Part shown: positions 38,392 to 47,791 of the stretch, one piece after another
Numbering within the stretch: the stretch's first letter is position 1
How the letters are laid out: each line of letters opens with the position of its first letter
Origin: Alphaproteobacteria bacterium
GTDB lineage: Bacteria; Pseudomonadota; Alphaproteobacteria; JBMOFM01
Direction of reading: 5' to 3'
Length of the DNA: 64,000 nucleotides
Assembly: GCA_049318825.1 (NCBI GenBank)
Contig: JBMOFM010000006.1
Coordinates: forward strand, 50,013 to 114,012
Made by a program: the position numbers and the translations under genes
Notes under the pieces: generated by a model
Told to the model about the DNA's origin: nothing
Seen by the model: only the letters and a program-made list of their open reading frames with translations
Database searches by the model: none

Positions 38392-39155
38392 CGGGTAAAA
38401 AAGCCTTGGTGATTGGGGTGGCTAATGCTGCATCCTTAGCTTTTGGTTGTGCCCAGCAATTAAAACAGGCAGGGGCAGATATTGCCTTAACCTATCTCAA
38501 TGAAAAGACCAAAAACTATATACAGCCATTAGCGGTTGAGCTTAATGCCACTACACACCCTTATGATGCTCGTCAGAAAGATCCTGATGCCGAAGATAGT
38601 CTAGAGCAGTTGATTGAAGGGGTAGTAAAACCGTGGCAACAGGTGGATGTTGTCATTCATTCCATTGCTTTTGCGCCGTTACCAGATTTGCATTTACCTT
38701 TAAGTCAAGTATCGGCCGCTGGCTTTGCGGAGGCCATGGATATTTCGTGTCATTCTTTTATTCGTTTGGCGGGGCTGGTACAGCCTTTCATGAAAAAAGG
38801 TGGCTCCTTAATCACCATGAGCTATTATGGAGCAGAAAAAGTGGTGCCCAATTATGGTATGATGGGGCCAGTAAAAGCCGCATTAGAAGCCACGGTGCGC
38901 TATTTGGCTTATGAAATGGGCGACGCGGCTATTCGCGTGAATGCTATTTCAGCAGGGGCAGTGGCCACCCGTGCTGCGGGCGGCCTCAAAGATTTTTCCC
39001 ATTTACTGGATGAATCGGTGAAAAAATCCCCTATCCATCGCCTAGTACAGCCCAGCGATATAGGGGCATTAGCTGCTTTTCTTGCCAGCCCAGCCGGCCA
39101 AGCCATTAGTGGGGAAACCATTTATGTGGATTCAGGTTACCATGTGGTGGATTAG
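38367..39155 (+). CDS. fabI: enoyl-[ACP] reductase (NADH) FabI
   Basis: GKKALVIGVAN, YYGAEKVVPNYGMMGPVKAALEATVRYLA (Y-x6-K). Overlaps the ackA 3' end by 25 nt. Confidence 0.85.
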   Translation: MDKPIIDLTGKKALVIGVANAASLAFGCAQQLKQAGADIALTYLNEKTKNYIQPLAVELNATTHPYDARQKDPDAEDSLEQLIEGVVKPWQQVDVVIHSIAFAPLPDLHLPLSQVSAAGFAEAMDISCHSFIRLAGLVQPFMKKGGSLITMSYYGAEKVVPNYGMMGPVKAALEATVRYLAYEMGDAAIRVNAISAGAVATRAAGGLKDFSHLLDESVKKSPIHRLVQPSDIGALAAFLASPAGQAISGETIYVDSGYHVVD

Positions 39156-39247
39156 ATAGGGGAATGAGGGGCAAAAAAACATTGCTTGGGCACAAAACAT
39201 CGCTATAATAATGAAAGTTTATTTCAATAAAGAAAGGTTAAAATATT

Positions 39248-40036
39248 GTGAGTAATGAAGCAGCCGAAATGGAAGCACAGGAAAAATATAGCACAATGAT
39301 GCTGGCGGTGGATGCGATCAGAGCCTATCAAGAAAAAAACTCTGATTTTATTTGGCAGAGAAAAGAAAATTTTCTGAGCGAATATCGACAGGGTCGGCGT
39401 GATTTTGCAGGTGAAGATTTGCGCGGGTTGTGCCTTGAATATAGCGGTATCCCACAATTTGAGAATTTAGTGCTGGATGATGCTAATGTAAGTGGCAGTC
39501 AATTCACAAGAGTAAAGTTCATTAATTTAAGCGCGAAAAATGCCCTATTCACTGATGTGGAAATGATAGAGATTATTGCTGAAGGGGCTGATTTCAGCGG
39601 TACTAATTTAGATAATATTGATGGTCATGAAGCCAGATTAGGCGGTTCAAATTTTTTTGGTGCGTCCCTCATTTATGCAAGTTTACGAAAAAGCAGTTTA
39701 TGGGAGTGTAATTTTACCGATGCGGATTGTACTTATGCCCAATTGAATGAGGCAAGCCTGAGAAGAGCAGATTTATGGAAAGCGTGTTTCTTGGCCGCCG
39801 GTCTTACAGAGGCTAAATTACAAGAAGCGAAATTGTACGATGCGGATTTTAGATTAGCGAACATTAGCGCCGCAAAATTTGAAAAGGCCGTGCCCAATAG
39901 CCAAACAATATGGACGGGCAGCCGCAATAGCCCTGAATCATTGCCAGAAGGCATGACGGCAGAGGCATTCAGCCAATTACAAAACCCTTCTGTAAAAAAA
40001 GCTGCCCCTAAAAGAAAGTTGGGATTGTGGTGGTAA
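39248..40036 (+). CDS. pentapeptide-repeat protein, paralog 1
   Basis: 262 aa, possible GTG start. The central region has runs of A-[DN]-[LF]-x-x pentads (ADFSGTNLDNIDGHEARLGGSNFFGASL...ADLWKACFLAAGLTEAKLQEAKLYDADFRLANISAAKF). Confidence 0.65.
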   Translation: MSNEAAEMEAQEKYSTMMLAVDAIRAYQEKNSDFIWQRKENFLSEYRQGRRDFAGEDLRGLCLEYSGIPQFENLVLDDANVSGSQFTRVKFINLSAKNALFTDVEMIEIIAEGADFSGTNLDNIDGHEARLGGSNFFGASLIYASLRKSSLWECNFTDADCTYAQLNEASLRRADLWKACFLAAGLTEAKLQEAKLYDADFRLANISAAKFEKAVPNSQTIWTGSRNSPESLPEGMTAEAFSQLQNPSVKKAAPKRKLGLWW

Positions 40037-40189
40037 TTATTGCGTTTTTTACTTGAATAGGGACTGAAACTTTTAATGCAAAAATCGAGGCCAAAATCAG
40101 GAAGAACATCACCCGCCGCAAAAAAATATTGCGTGGTCACGAAAAATCGCTACAATAAAAAAATTTATTTCAATGAAAGTTAAAATATT

Positions 40190-40966
40190 ATGAGCAATGA
40201 AGCAGCCGAGATGGAAGCACAGGAAAAATATCGCACAATGATGCTGGCGGTGAATGCGATCAGAGCCAATGAAGGAGTGTCTGGTCAGGCAGCACAAAGT
40301 TTTGCTAGCGATTATCAACATGGGCGGCGTGATTTTGCAGGCGAAGATTTGAGTGGGTTGTGGCTTAACTATAGCGGTATTCCACAATTTGAGAATTTAG
40401 TGCTGGATGGTGCCAAAGTAACTGGCGGTGTATTCACAGGAGTAAAGTTCATTAATTTAAGCGCGAGAGATGCCCTATTCACTGATACGCAAATGCAAAG
40501 GGTTATTTGTGAAGGTGCTGATTTCAGCGGCGCTAATTTAGATAATATTGATGGTCATGAAGCCAGATTAAATGGTTCAAATTTTTTTGGTGCGTCCCTA
40601 ATTCTCGCAAGTTTACGAAAAAGCAGTTTATGGGAGTGTAATTTTACCGATGCGGATTGTACTTATGCCCAATTGAATGAGGCAAGCCTGAGAAGAGCAG
40701 ATTTATGGAAAGCGTGTTTCTTGGCCGCCGGTCTTACAGAGGCTAAATTACAAGAAGCGAAATTGTACGATGCGGATTTTAGATTAGCGAACATTAGCGC
40801 CGCAAAATTTGAAAAGGCCGTGCCCAATAGCCAAACAATATGGACGGGCAGCCGCAATAGCCCGAAAACCTTGCCAGAAGGCATGACGGCAGAGGCATTC
40901 AGCCAATTACAAAACCCATATGTAAAAAAAGCTGCTCCCACAAAAAAATGGGGATTGTTGTGGTAA
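40190..40966 (+). CDS. pentapeptide-repeat protein, paralog 2
   Basis: 258 aa. The N-terminal 20 aa and C-terminal 150 aa are near-identical to paralog 1; the middle has diverged. Confidence 0.65.
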   Translation: MSNEAAEMEAQEKYRTMMLAVNAIRANEGVSGQAAQSFASDYQHGRRDFAGEDLSGLWLNYSGIPQFENLVLDGAKVTGGVFTGVKFINLSARDALFTDTQMQRVICEGADFSGANLDNIDGHEARLNGSNFFGASLILASLRKSSLWECNFTDADCTYAQLNEASLRRADLWKACFLAAGLTEAKLQEAKLYDADFRLANISAAKFEKAVPNSQTIWTGSRNSPKTLPEGMTAEAFSQLQNPYVKKAAPTKKWGLLW

Positions 40967-41017
40967 TTATTGCGTTTTTTACTTGAATGGGAATGAAATT
41001 TATTGGCGCGCAATATA

Positions 41018-41926
41018 CTATCTCAGGCTTTGTGGGCGCTGCCATAAACAGGCGGTAAATAATAGAAGCCCTGCCACCAATACCATCATGGGGGCGGCCA
41101 CAAAAGCATGTTCTATGCCTAGCCATGCGGGCAGTAATATAGCCAAACTATAACCAAGAGTGGCACTGAAAGCAGCCAATATGGAACTTAAAATAATTTG
41201 GTGGGCAAGATTTTGGGTAAGCAAGCGCGCGGTTGCTGGGGGGCATACCAGAAAGCCTACCACCAGAATAGAACCCACCGCTTCAAAAGCAGCCACCAAG
41301 CATAACACTAATAAACCCAGAAAAATCAATTGCCATAAGCCCACTTGGTATCCAGCCACCCGTGCAAAAATGGGATCAAAACATATAAGACGTGTTTCTT
41401 TGAATAATAGGAGTAGCAATACGCCTAATCCCAGCAATAATAACCACAACATCGCCAATTGGCGGGGCATATTTAATAGGGTTTCTGTATGAAATAGATC
41501 CTGTATCTGTTGCAATTCTGGCCAATATACCATTTCCAGCGCCCCATAAAGGGCATGTTGTGCATCTAAATGCACCTGTCTGCCCAATTGTTGCTCTAGC
41601 AGCATTACCCCCAAGGCAAACATGCCGGTTAGTACCACCCCCATGGCCATTGACGGTTGTAAGCCCCCCCAGCGGCTAAGGGCAGCCATTAGTAAAACCG
41701 CCAGTAAACAGGCGGCGCCTGCCCCCAACATCATGAATAAAGGCGAAATAATACCAGTAAGCAAAAAGGCAACCGCTAGCCCCGGTAGCACCACATGGCT
41801 TAGGGCATCCCCCAGTAAGGCATGGCGGCGCAATAATAAATAATTACCCAACAGGGCACAATTCATGGCGGCTAAAATCGCCACCAGTAAAGGGGCGGCA
41901 TCTACAGCCCAAAAACTACTCATCAT
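41018..41926 (-). CDS. metal ABC transporter permease (Znu/Mnt/Tro-type), subunit 2
   Basis: 302 aa, polytopic, ABC-3 family pattern. Adjacent to a second permease, an ATPase and a cluster-A-1 SBP. Confidence 0.7.
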   Translation of the reverse strand: MMSSFWAVDAAPLLVAILAAMNCALLGNYLLLRRHALLGDALSHVVLPGLAVAFLLTGIISPLFMMLGAGAACLLAVLLMAALSRWGGLQPSMAMGVVLTGMFALGVMLLEQQLGRQVHLDAQHALYGALEMVYWPELQQIQDLFHTETLLNMPRQLAMLWLLLLGLGVLLLLLFKETRLICFDPIFARVAGYQVGLWQLIFLGLLVLCLVAAFEAVGSILVVGFLVCPPATARLLTQNLAHQIILSSILAAFSATLGYSLAILLPAWLGIEHAFVAAPMMVLVAGLLLFTACLWQRPQSLR

Positions 41927-42772
41927 TTAGGCTATTCTCCGCAATAAACGAACGGGTAGGGCTAATAACACTAGGCCAAAGCCCAATAAAACAATCATTG
42001 AACCGGTGGGAATATTGGGGTAGCGGCTGGATAATATAACCCCTAACATGGCACTGGTTACACCCAATAAAGCGGCCATAGCAAAAAGTGGCCGCAGGCG
42101 TTGGGTTAGCATTTTAGCGGCGGCGGCTGGCATAATTAACATGGCTAATACCAATACTACCCCCACGGTTTTTAAGCCCAAACATACAACCACCAGCATT
42201 AAGGATGTCATCACCCCATCCAGCCTAGCTGCTTGATAGCCTTGTAAATGGCTGAAATTGGGATCAAAAGCCAACATGATATATTGCTTGCGTAGAATGA
42301 AGGCAATGAATAATACCGCCACCATGGCAAGGCTTAAAAAAATAATCTCATCCTTTTGCAAGGAAGCGGTTTGCCCTAATAAAAAAGAATCCAGCCCCGC
42401 AATGCTGCCTAGCGGTAAATGTTGAATATAGCCCAATAATAAAAGACCTGCCGCAAAAAAAACGCTTAAGACCACGGCTATGGCGGTATCAGCACTTAAT
42501 ATGCTGCGCCGCTGCAGCCAATTGACGGTAAACATGCCAAGCCAAGCAGTGAGAAAAGCCATGAACAGCATGAGGGGTAAATGTCGTCCCTCGTGCCAGC
42601 CTAAGGAAAGTGCCAGTAAAAAACCCAGTGCCACCCCCGGTAGGGTGGCATGGCTAGCGGCATCTGCGGCCATGGCGCGGCCACGCAGCATCATGAAAAC
42701 GCCGATTACTGCTGCCCCTAAGCCTAAAATAGCGGTACCCAATAACACTAAAAGAGAATTGTAACCAATCAT
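41927..42772 (-). CDS. metal ABC transporter permease, subunit 1
   Basis: 281 aa, polytopic, ABC-3 family. Confidence 0.7.
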   Translation of the reverse strand: MIGYNSLLVLLGTAILGLGAAVIGVFMMLRGRAMAADAASHATLPGVALGFLLALSLGWHEGRHLPLMLFMAFLTAWLGMFTVNWLQRRSILSADTAIAVVLSVFFAAGLLLLGYIQHLPLGSIAGLDSFLLGQTASLQKDEIIFLSLAMVAVLFIAFILRKQYIMLAFDPNFSHLQGYQAARLDGVMTSLMLVVVCLGLKTVGVVLVLAMLIMPAAAAKMLTQRLRPLFAMAALLGVTSAMLGVILSSRYPNIPTGSMIVLLGFGLVLLALPVRLLRRIA

Positions 42773-43716
42773 GGCGCCACAGCCCGAGCACGGGGGGCAG
42801 AATAATGAGGGGCTGCTTGGGCAGCAAACCCTTCTATTTTTTTGGCGTCTGGTGAAAAAACGCCTTGCCTGATGTGGGGAATATTTCTTAACCTTGCCTC
42901 AAATGACCCTGCTTCAAATGCCTGCACCAATTCTCTACCCGAATAAATTTTCCCATCCTTGCTATGGTCAATCACAACTGATTCTGAATGAGCTGCAGCC
43001 ATTACTCGATCATGGACTTGAGGATAAAACTCTTGCCATTGATTTAAGAAGGCATTGATTTCTGGATTATTGAAATTTTTCCAGTAACCGGGCCATAATA
43101 TTTCCTGAAATTCAGGCATTTTTTTTGTTTCTAGATGTTCTATCTCTAAAGAGGCTTGGGCATATTCTTTGGGTTCTTTTGTAGGGTTTTCCAATATTAA
43201 TTGTCTTTCTTCTCTGGCTTCCTGTACCAATTTTCTAAAGGGTTCAAGCATGGGATTAACAATATAGCTAAGGTTTGTTTCAAAACGTTCAAGTATGAAC
43301 ATCATTTTATGAAAATCTGCTTTGGCCTCAGCCTCAATCACCTTTTCAACAAACCCTTCTTTATCCAGCCGATAAGGATTGAGGTGTAAATTATCTTTAT
43401 TGCGATGATGACCCTCTAACTCATGGGGTAAGGTTTCAGCATAATGGAGGACTATTAATGGCTCCAATGGATTATCCAAGTTACAATTAGCCGTTACACG
43501 ATTAGGGTTCAAATTAAGAAATAACTTATTATCATCACTATTCCATATTGAAGCATGAGGACCGTTTTCAGAAATAAGAACGGGCACATCATGGGTTTTC
43601 AGATATTCTATCGATAATTTGCCTTTATTGGTTTTATTTAGCTCAATCAGAATATTAAAAAACCAAAGAACATGGCGTTCTTTATCGCTATCGCCTTGCC
43701 AATCAAATGGAAGCAT
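42769..43716 (-). CDS. hypothetical 315-aa cytoplasmic protein inserted between the ATPase and permease genes of the metal ABC operon
   Basis: No recognisable motifs except LPHELEGHHRN. ATGA overlap with the permease start. No signal peptide. Confidence 0.4.
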   Translation of the reverse strand: MLPFDWQGDSDKERHVLWFFNILIELNKTNKGKLSIEYLKTHDVPVLISENGPHASIWNSDDNKLFLNLNPNRVTANCNLDNPLEPLIVLHYAETLPHELEGHHRNKDNLHLNPYRLDKEGFVEKVIEAEAKADFHKMMFILERFETNLSYIVNPMLEPFRKLVQEAREERQLILENPTKEPKEYAQASLEIEHLETKKMPEFQEILWPGYWKNFNNPEINAFLNQWQEFYPQVHDRVMAAAHSESVVIDHSKDGKIYSGRELVQAFEAGSFEARLRNIPHIRQGVFSPDAKKIEGFAAQAAPHYSAPRARAVAP

Positions 43717-43788
43717 CGTTTTATGCCCTTATGGCTATTGTTATGCTTAACAATATATCATTTATGTAAAATATACTCAACCTATCTG

Positions 43789-44523
43789 TCACCCAAATAA
43801 TAGTTGGCCAGCATAGGCTTGTTGTAATATAGCGGGGGTAAATACTTCTTTTACCGTGCCACAGCCATAAAGATGACGGTTCAAAATAACAGCATGGCTA
43901 AAATATTGAGGCACGCTAGGCAAATGATGATGTACACAAATAATGGTTTTGCCTTTTTGCTGTTCGGCTAGCATCAGCTTAAATAATAATTCTTCACTGG
44001 CAGCATCCACACCCGCCAGTGGTTCATCCATGATATAACAATCAGCCTGTTGTACTAAGGCTCTGGCAAAAAACGCCCGTTGCTGTTGCCCGCCCGATAG
44101 GGCACCAATCGAGCGGCGGGCAAAATCGGCTAGCCCCACCGCTTCTAAAGCAGCATGGGCTTTTTCTTTATCCTGCTTATTCAGCCCCCGCAACCAACCG
44201 CGTTGGCGGTATAAACCCATGCCGACCACCTCGGCGGCGGATACTGGAAATTGCCAATCCACCGCTGCCCGTTGTGGTATATAGGTAATGCGTTGGCGGA
44301 TGGAATCTAGCGCTTGATTCCAAAATAGCACCTTGCCTTTTTCTTTAGCCACCAACCCCACCATGGCTTTTACCAGCGTGCTTTTACCCGCACCATTAGC
44401 ACCGATAACCGCAGTAAGGCTGGCAGTGGGCAGCGAGAAACTCACATCAATTAAAGCGGGTTGGTTTTGGTAAGAAACCGATAAATTTTCAACATTCAGG
44501 CATATATCGGGGCTGGCATTCAT
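43789..44523 (-). CDS. metal ABC transporter ATP-binding protein
   Basis: Walker A GANGAGKST, signature LSGGQQQR, Walker B YIMDEP. Confidence 0.85.
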   Translation of the reverse strand: MNASPDICLNVENLSVSYQNQPALIDVSFSLPTASLTAVIGANGAGKSTLVKAMVGLVAKEKGKVLFWNQALDSIRQRITYIPQRAAVDWQFPVSAAEVVGMGLYRQRGWLRGLNKQDKEKAHAALEAVGLADFARRSIGALSGGQQQRAFFARALVQQADCYIMDEPLAGVDAASEELLFKLMLAEQQKGKTIICVHHHLPSVPQYFSHAVILNRHLYGCGTVKEVFTPAILQQAYAGQLLFG

Positions 44524-45473
44524 GGCTGTGCTGCCTCGCTGGTTAATTTTCCGCTCATGCCATTGGCGGGAACATTACCGCCCAGTGCCTTGCCAATCAT
44601 GGTCACATTATGGTCAATCATGCCCACATAAGTGCCTTCATAGGTTAAGGGTTTGCCCATGGCATCAGAAAATAAATGGCCGCCAATCAGTAAGCGGTGA
44701 TTTTTTGCGGCCGAGCCTTCTACCAAGGCCTTGATGTTGCGGTCACTTACCGAAGTTTCGGCAAATACGGCTGGTATATTGCGGGCTACAATTAAGGCCA
44801 CCAGCTCTTCAATTTGCTTTAAGCCTGCTTCGCTATCGGTTGAAATGCCTTGTATGCCATGCACTTCAATGCCATAACGCTGGCCAAAATAATGAAACGC
44901 ATCATGAGCGGTAATTAAAGCGCGTTTTTCGGCAGGAATAGAAGCAATAACCTGTTTGGCATAGGCATCAAGCTGTTGTAATTCTTGATCATAGGCCGTT
45001 AAATTGCGGGTAAATTCGGCTTCATGCTGGGGCAAGGCCTTGATTAAGGCAGCGGCAGTTTTGTGTAATGCTGCGCGCCAGCGTTCAACATCCATCCACA
45101 CATGCGGGTCGATGCCATGATGGGCATTGCCGCTACCATCATCGGCCACGGCCAGCACCAATTTGTTGGCGGCTAATTTTTCCAACAAATCAGTCATTTT
45201 TCCTTCTAAATTCAGGCCGCTATAAAACACCATATCGGCTTGTTGTAGCTTTACCATATCGCTGCGGGTGGGGCGGTAGAGATGGGGATCCACCCCTTCA
45301 CCCATCATGATGTCCAACCTTACATGATCGCCGGCCACATGGCGCACTAAATCCCCCACCTGTGCGGTGGTGGTCACAATAAATAACGGCGGGGCAGCAT
45401 GGGCATAAGCCGCAAAAAATAGCCAACCTAGACCCAACACAGCCCATAAACAGAAACGATAACAAAATTTCAT
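44520..45473 (-). CDS. periplasmic metal-binding protein (ZnuA/MntC/TroA cluster A-1 SBP)
   Basis: Signal peptide; His-containing metal-site motifs; HDAFHYFGQRYGIEVHGIQGIS. Confidence 0.8.
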   Translation of the reverse strand: MKFCYRFCLWAVLGLGWLFFAAYAHAAPPLFIVTTTAQVGDLVRHVAGDHVRLDIMMGEGVDPHLYRPTRSDMVKLQQADMVFYSGLNLEGKMTDLLEKLAANKLVLAVADDGSGNAHHGIDPHVWMDVERWRAALHKTAAALIKALPQHEAEFTRNLTAYDQELQQLDAYAKQVIASIPAEKRALITAHDAFHYFGQRYGIEVHGIQGISTDSEAGLKQIEELVALIVARNIPAVFAETSVSDRNIKALVEGSAAKNHRLLIGGHLFSDAMGKPLTYEGTYVGMIDHNVTMIGKALGGNVPANGMSGKLTSEAAQP

Positions 45474-45523
45474 GGGATAAACTCAAGCGAAAACTATCCC
45501 TTGATGTTTACCATCGGCTTCTA

Positions 45524-45543
45524 AATTTAGCAATGGCTAAATT
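45524..45543. promoter_or_regulatory. candidate DtxR/MntR-family operator in the metal ABC operon promoter
   Basis: Perfect palindrome AATTTAGC-aatg-GCTAAATT (TTAGC...GCTAA core resembles DtxR/MntR boxes). It lies 50-70 bp upstream of the SBP start. A DtxR-family regulator is encoded 0.5 kb away. Confidence 0.4.
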
Positions 45544-45554
45544 GCGTTTTGGAG

Positions 45555-45860
45555 CTAACCAATCCTGAAACGTGGCTGAATACGATAGATCCCATCGGCC
45601 GCTTTTTCTACATAAGCATTGAGGCGATCTCCTTTTACGTCCATTGTACTCATCATCCCAGGTAACCACAAACGTAACCTCAATCCAGCTTGATGGGCGC
45701 TGTGTTTCAAATCTTCAACCACAGGGTCTGGTCCAACCAACTGAGGCACAACAAAGCTTCCACGGGATGTATCGCGGGTTGTTTCAATAATATTGACTGA
45801 AAGACCAGAAAAACGGTTAAATTCTTCGCTAATTGAAGGAGGAGCCATTTGTGATCTCAT
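45555..45860 (-). CDS. peptidase inhibitor I78-family protein
   Basis: C-terminal LRLWLPGMMSTMDVKGDRLNAYVEKAADGIYRIQP matches the I78 signature (PG.MVTMDYR.DRLN...D..G.I). Confidence 0.45.
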   Translation of the reverse strand: MRSQMAPPSISEEFNRFSGLSVNIIETTRDTSRGSFVVPQLVGPDPVVEDLKHSAHQAGLRLRLWLPGMMSTMDVKGDRLNAYVEKAADGIYRIQPRFRIG

Positions 45861-46016
45861 ATTTTAGGGGTGTAAATTATCTTGGTGTTTCTATAATATA
45901 GCCACGGCAATTTCAATGTTTAAGTTTTTGGGGCTAAATATTGGCAGGGGTGAAGTGCTTGCATCCTGCTATTATTCGGGTTATGCAATAGGCAAAAATA
46001 GATTAAAGATATAAAA

Positions 46017-46439
46017 ATGAAACAAAAACTTGTTGATGCTAGCACCCAAGCCAAGCGTTTTGAGACATTGCGGGTGGCGCATCAAACAGAAACCACCGAA
46101 GATTATGTGGAATTGATTGCTGATTTATTGGCCGCCAATGGTGAAGCCAGATTGGTGGATTTATCGCGCCGTTTTGGGGTTTCACATGCCACGGCTAATA
46201 AAATTATTGCGCGGTTACAAAAAGAGGGGTTTGTAGAAAGCCAGCCTTACCGTTCATTGTTTTTAACCCCTGAAGGGCTGGCCCTAGCGCAAGCATGCAA
46301 AAAACGGCACAATATTGTGTTGCAATTTTTGCTGCATATTGGCGTAAGCCGCGAAAATGCTGAAACCGATGCAGAAGGCATCGAGCATCATGTTAGTCAA
46401 GAAACCCTAGCGGCTTTTGCCCGCTTTACAACCGCCTGA
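46017..46439 (+). CDS. mntR: DtxR/MntR-family metal-dependent transcriptional regulator
   Basis: HTH VDLSRRFGVSHATANKIIARLQKEGFV plus a dimerisation/metal-binding helix region. 140 aa, no SH3-like domain, so MntR-type. Confidence 0.75.
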   Translation: MKQKLVDASTQAKRFETLRVAHQTETTEDYVELIADLLAANGEARLVDLSRRFGVSHATANKIIARLQKEGFVESQPYRSLFLTPEGLALAQACKKRHNIVLQFLLHIGVSRENAETDAEGIEHHVSQETLAAFARFTTA

Positions 46440-46483
46440 TTTTTCTTACAAATGTTTTTTTTATAATGATGGATGCCGAATAG

Positions 46484-47791
46484 ATGAAGGGTTTAACGCG
46501 CCAGCAATGGATTGTTTTTATTGCGGCTTGGTTGGGTTGGGGCTTTGATGTTTTTGACGGATTGCTGTTCAATTACGTTGCCCCCAATTGCGTGCCAACC
46601 CTGTTGGGGCTTGAGATTGGCTCTCCTGCTGCCAAGGCTGCCACTTTGTATTGGACAGGCCTCATCACCTCTATGCTATTGCTGGGCTGGGCGGCAGGTG
46701 GAATTATTTTCGGCTATATTGGCGATAGGTTAGGGCGCAGTAAAACCCTGTTGCTCACCATGTTATTATATGCTTTGGGTACTGGCTTATGTGCTTTTGT
46801 GCCGAATATGGAATTATTATTACTGTGCCGTTTTATTGCCAGCCTTGGTATTGGTGGGGAATGGGCAGCGGGGGCTTCCATGGTGGCCGAAGCCATGCCC
46901 GAAAAATACCGCGTGGAAGCAGGGGCGTTGTTATATACCTCTGCGCCCATTGGGTTGTTTTTGGCCACAGCGGTGAATGCGATGATTACTGGTTTATTTC
47001 CTGATCAACCTGAGGTCTCGTGGCGTTATGTTTTTCTTTGTGGGTTAATTCCTGCTGCTTTAGCCTTTGTTATCCGTTTTTTCTTAAAAGAACCAGAACG
47101 CTGGCAAGAGGTGGCACAAAAGACAAAACCACCCCGTATTAGTGAATTATTTTCAGCCGAAAACCGCCGCTTTACTCGCAGCGGCGTATTAATGGCTTTG
47201 ATTGCTTTGCTCACATGGTGGAGTTGCAATGCTTTTATTCCCGTGGTGGCGGTGGGTCTAGGCCATGCCAGTGCAGAGGCTACAGGCATTATCGCCACGC
47301 AAGGCTTATTAGAAGGCTGGAAATCATGGCTTACTTCTGGCTTTAATTTGGGTGGCTTATTGGGTACATTGCTCACTATTCCAGCGGCCAAAATATTGGG
47401 CAGAAAAAAAATGTTCAGCCTTTATTTTGCGCTGGCTTCTCTTGCGTTACTCACGGCTTTTAGTGGGTTCATGCCGCAAGAGAAAATAGTGTGGACGGGC
47501 TTATATTTTGTGATTGGTCTCACGGTTTTTGGCGTATTTGGTAGTTTTACTTTTTACCTACCGGAACTTTTTCCTACCAGATTGCGCGCTACGGGTTCGG
47601 GCTTTTGCTATAATATTGGCCGCGTGATTACCTCTGTGGGCCCTTTTTTGGTCGGCAGCATCGCCGCACAAAAATCCAACGCCCTGCAAGGCGCGTTGGA
47701 TTTATTATTCTGGGTGGGCTTTATTCCCTTAATTGGCATTTTACTGATGCCTTTAGTGATAGAAACAAAAGGCCAAACATTGCGGGATTAG
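46484..47791 (+). CDS. MFS transporter
   Basis: 435 aa with 12 predicted TM and MFS loop motifs (G-x-x-x-D-R-x-G-R-like GDRLGRSKTLL). Confidence 0.7.
   Translation: MKGLTRQQWIVFIAAWLGWGFDVFDGLLFNYVAPNCVPTLLGLEIGSPAAKAATLYWTGLITSMLLLGWAAGGIIFGYIGDRLGRSKTLLLTMLLYALGTGLCAFVPNMELLLLCRFIASLGIGGEWAAGASMVAEAMPEKYRVEAGALLYTSAPIGLFLATAVNAMITGLFPDQPEVSWRYVFLCGLIPAALAFVIRFFLKEPERWQEVAQKTKPPRISELFSAENRRFTRSGVLMALIALLTWWSCNAFIPVVAVGLGHASAEATGIIATQGLLEGWKSWLTSGFNLGGLLGTLLTIPAAKILGRKKMFSLYFALASLALLTAFSGFMPQEKIVWTGLYFVIGLTVFGVFGSFTFYLPELFPTRLRATGSGFCYNIGRVITSVGPFLVGSIAAQKSNALQGALDLLFWVGFIPLIGILLMPLVIETKGQTLRD

Larger units (their letters stand above)
39185..41010 (+). repeat. tandem duplication of about 940 bp, each copy carrying promoter, pentapeptide-repeat gene and terminator region
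   Basis: Copy 1 is about 39185..40125 and copy 2 about 40126..41010. The 5' leaders are alike (cgctataataatgaaagtttatttcaataaag... vs cgctacaataaaaaaatttatttcaatgaaag...). The 3' regions are near-identical (tggtaattattgcgttttttacttgaat). Confidence 0.8.
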
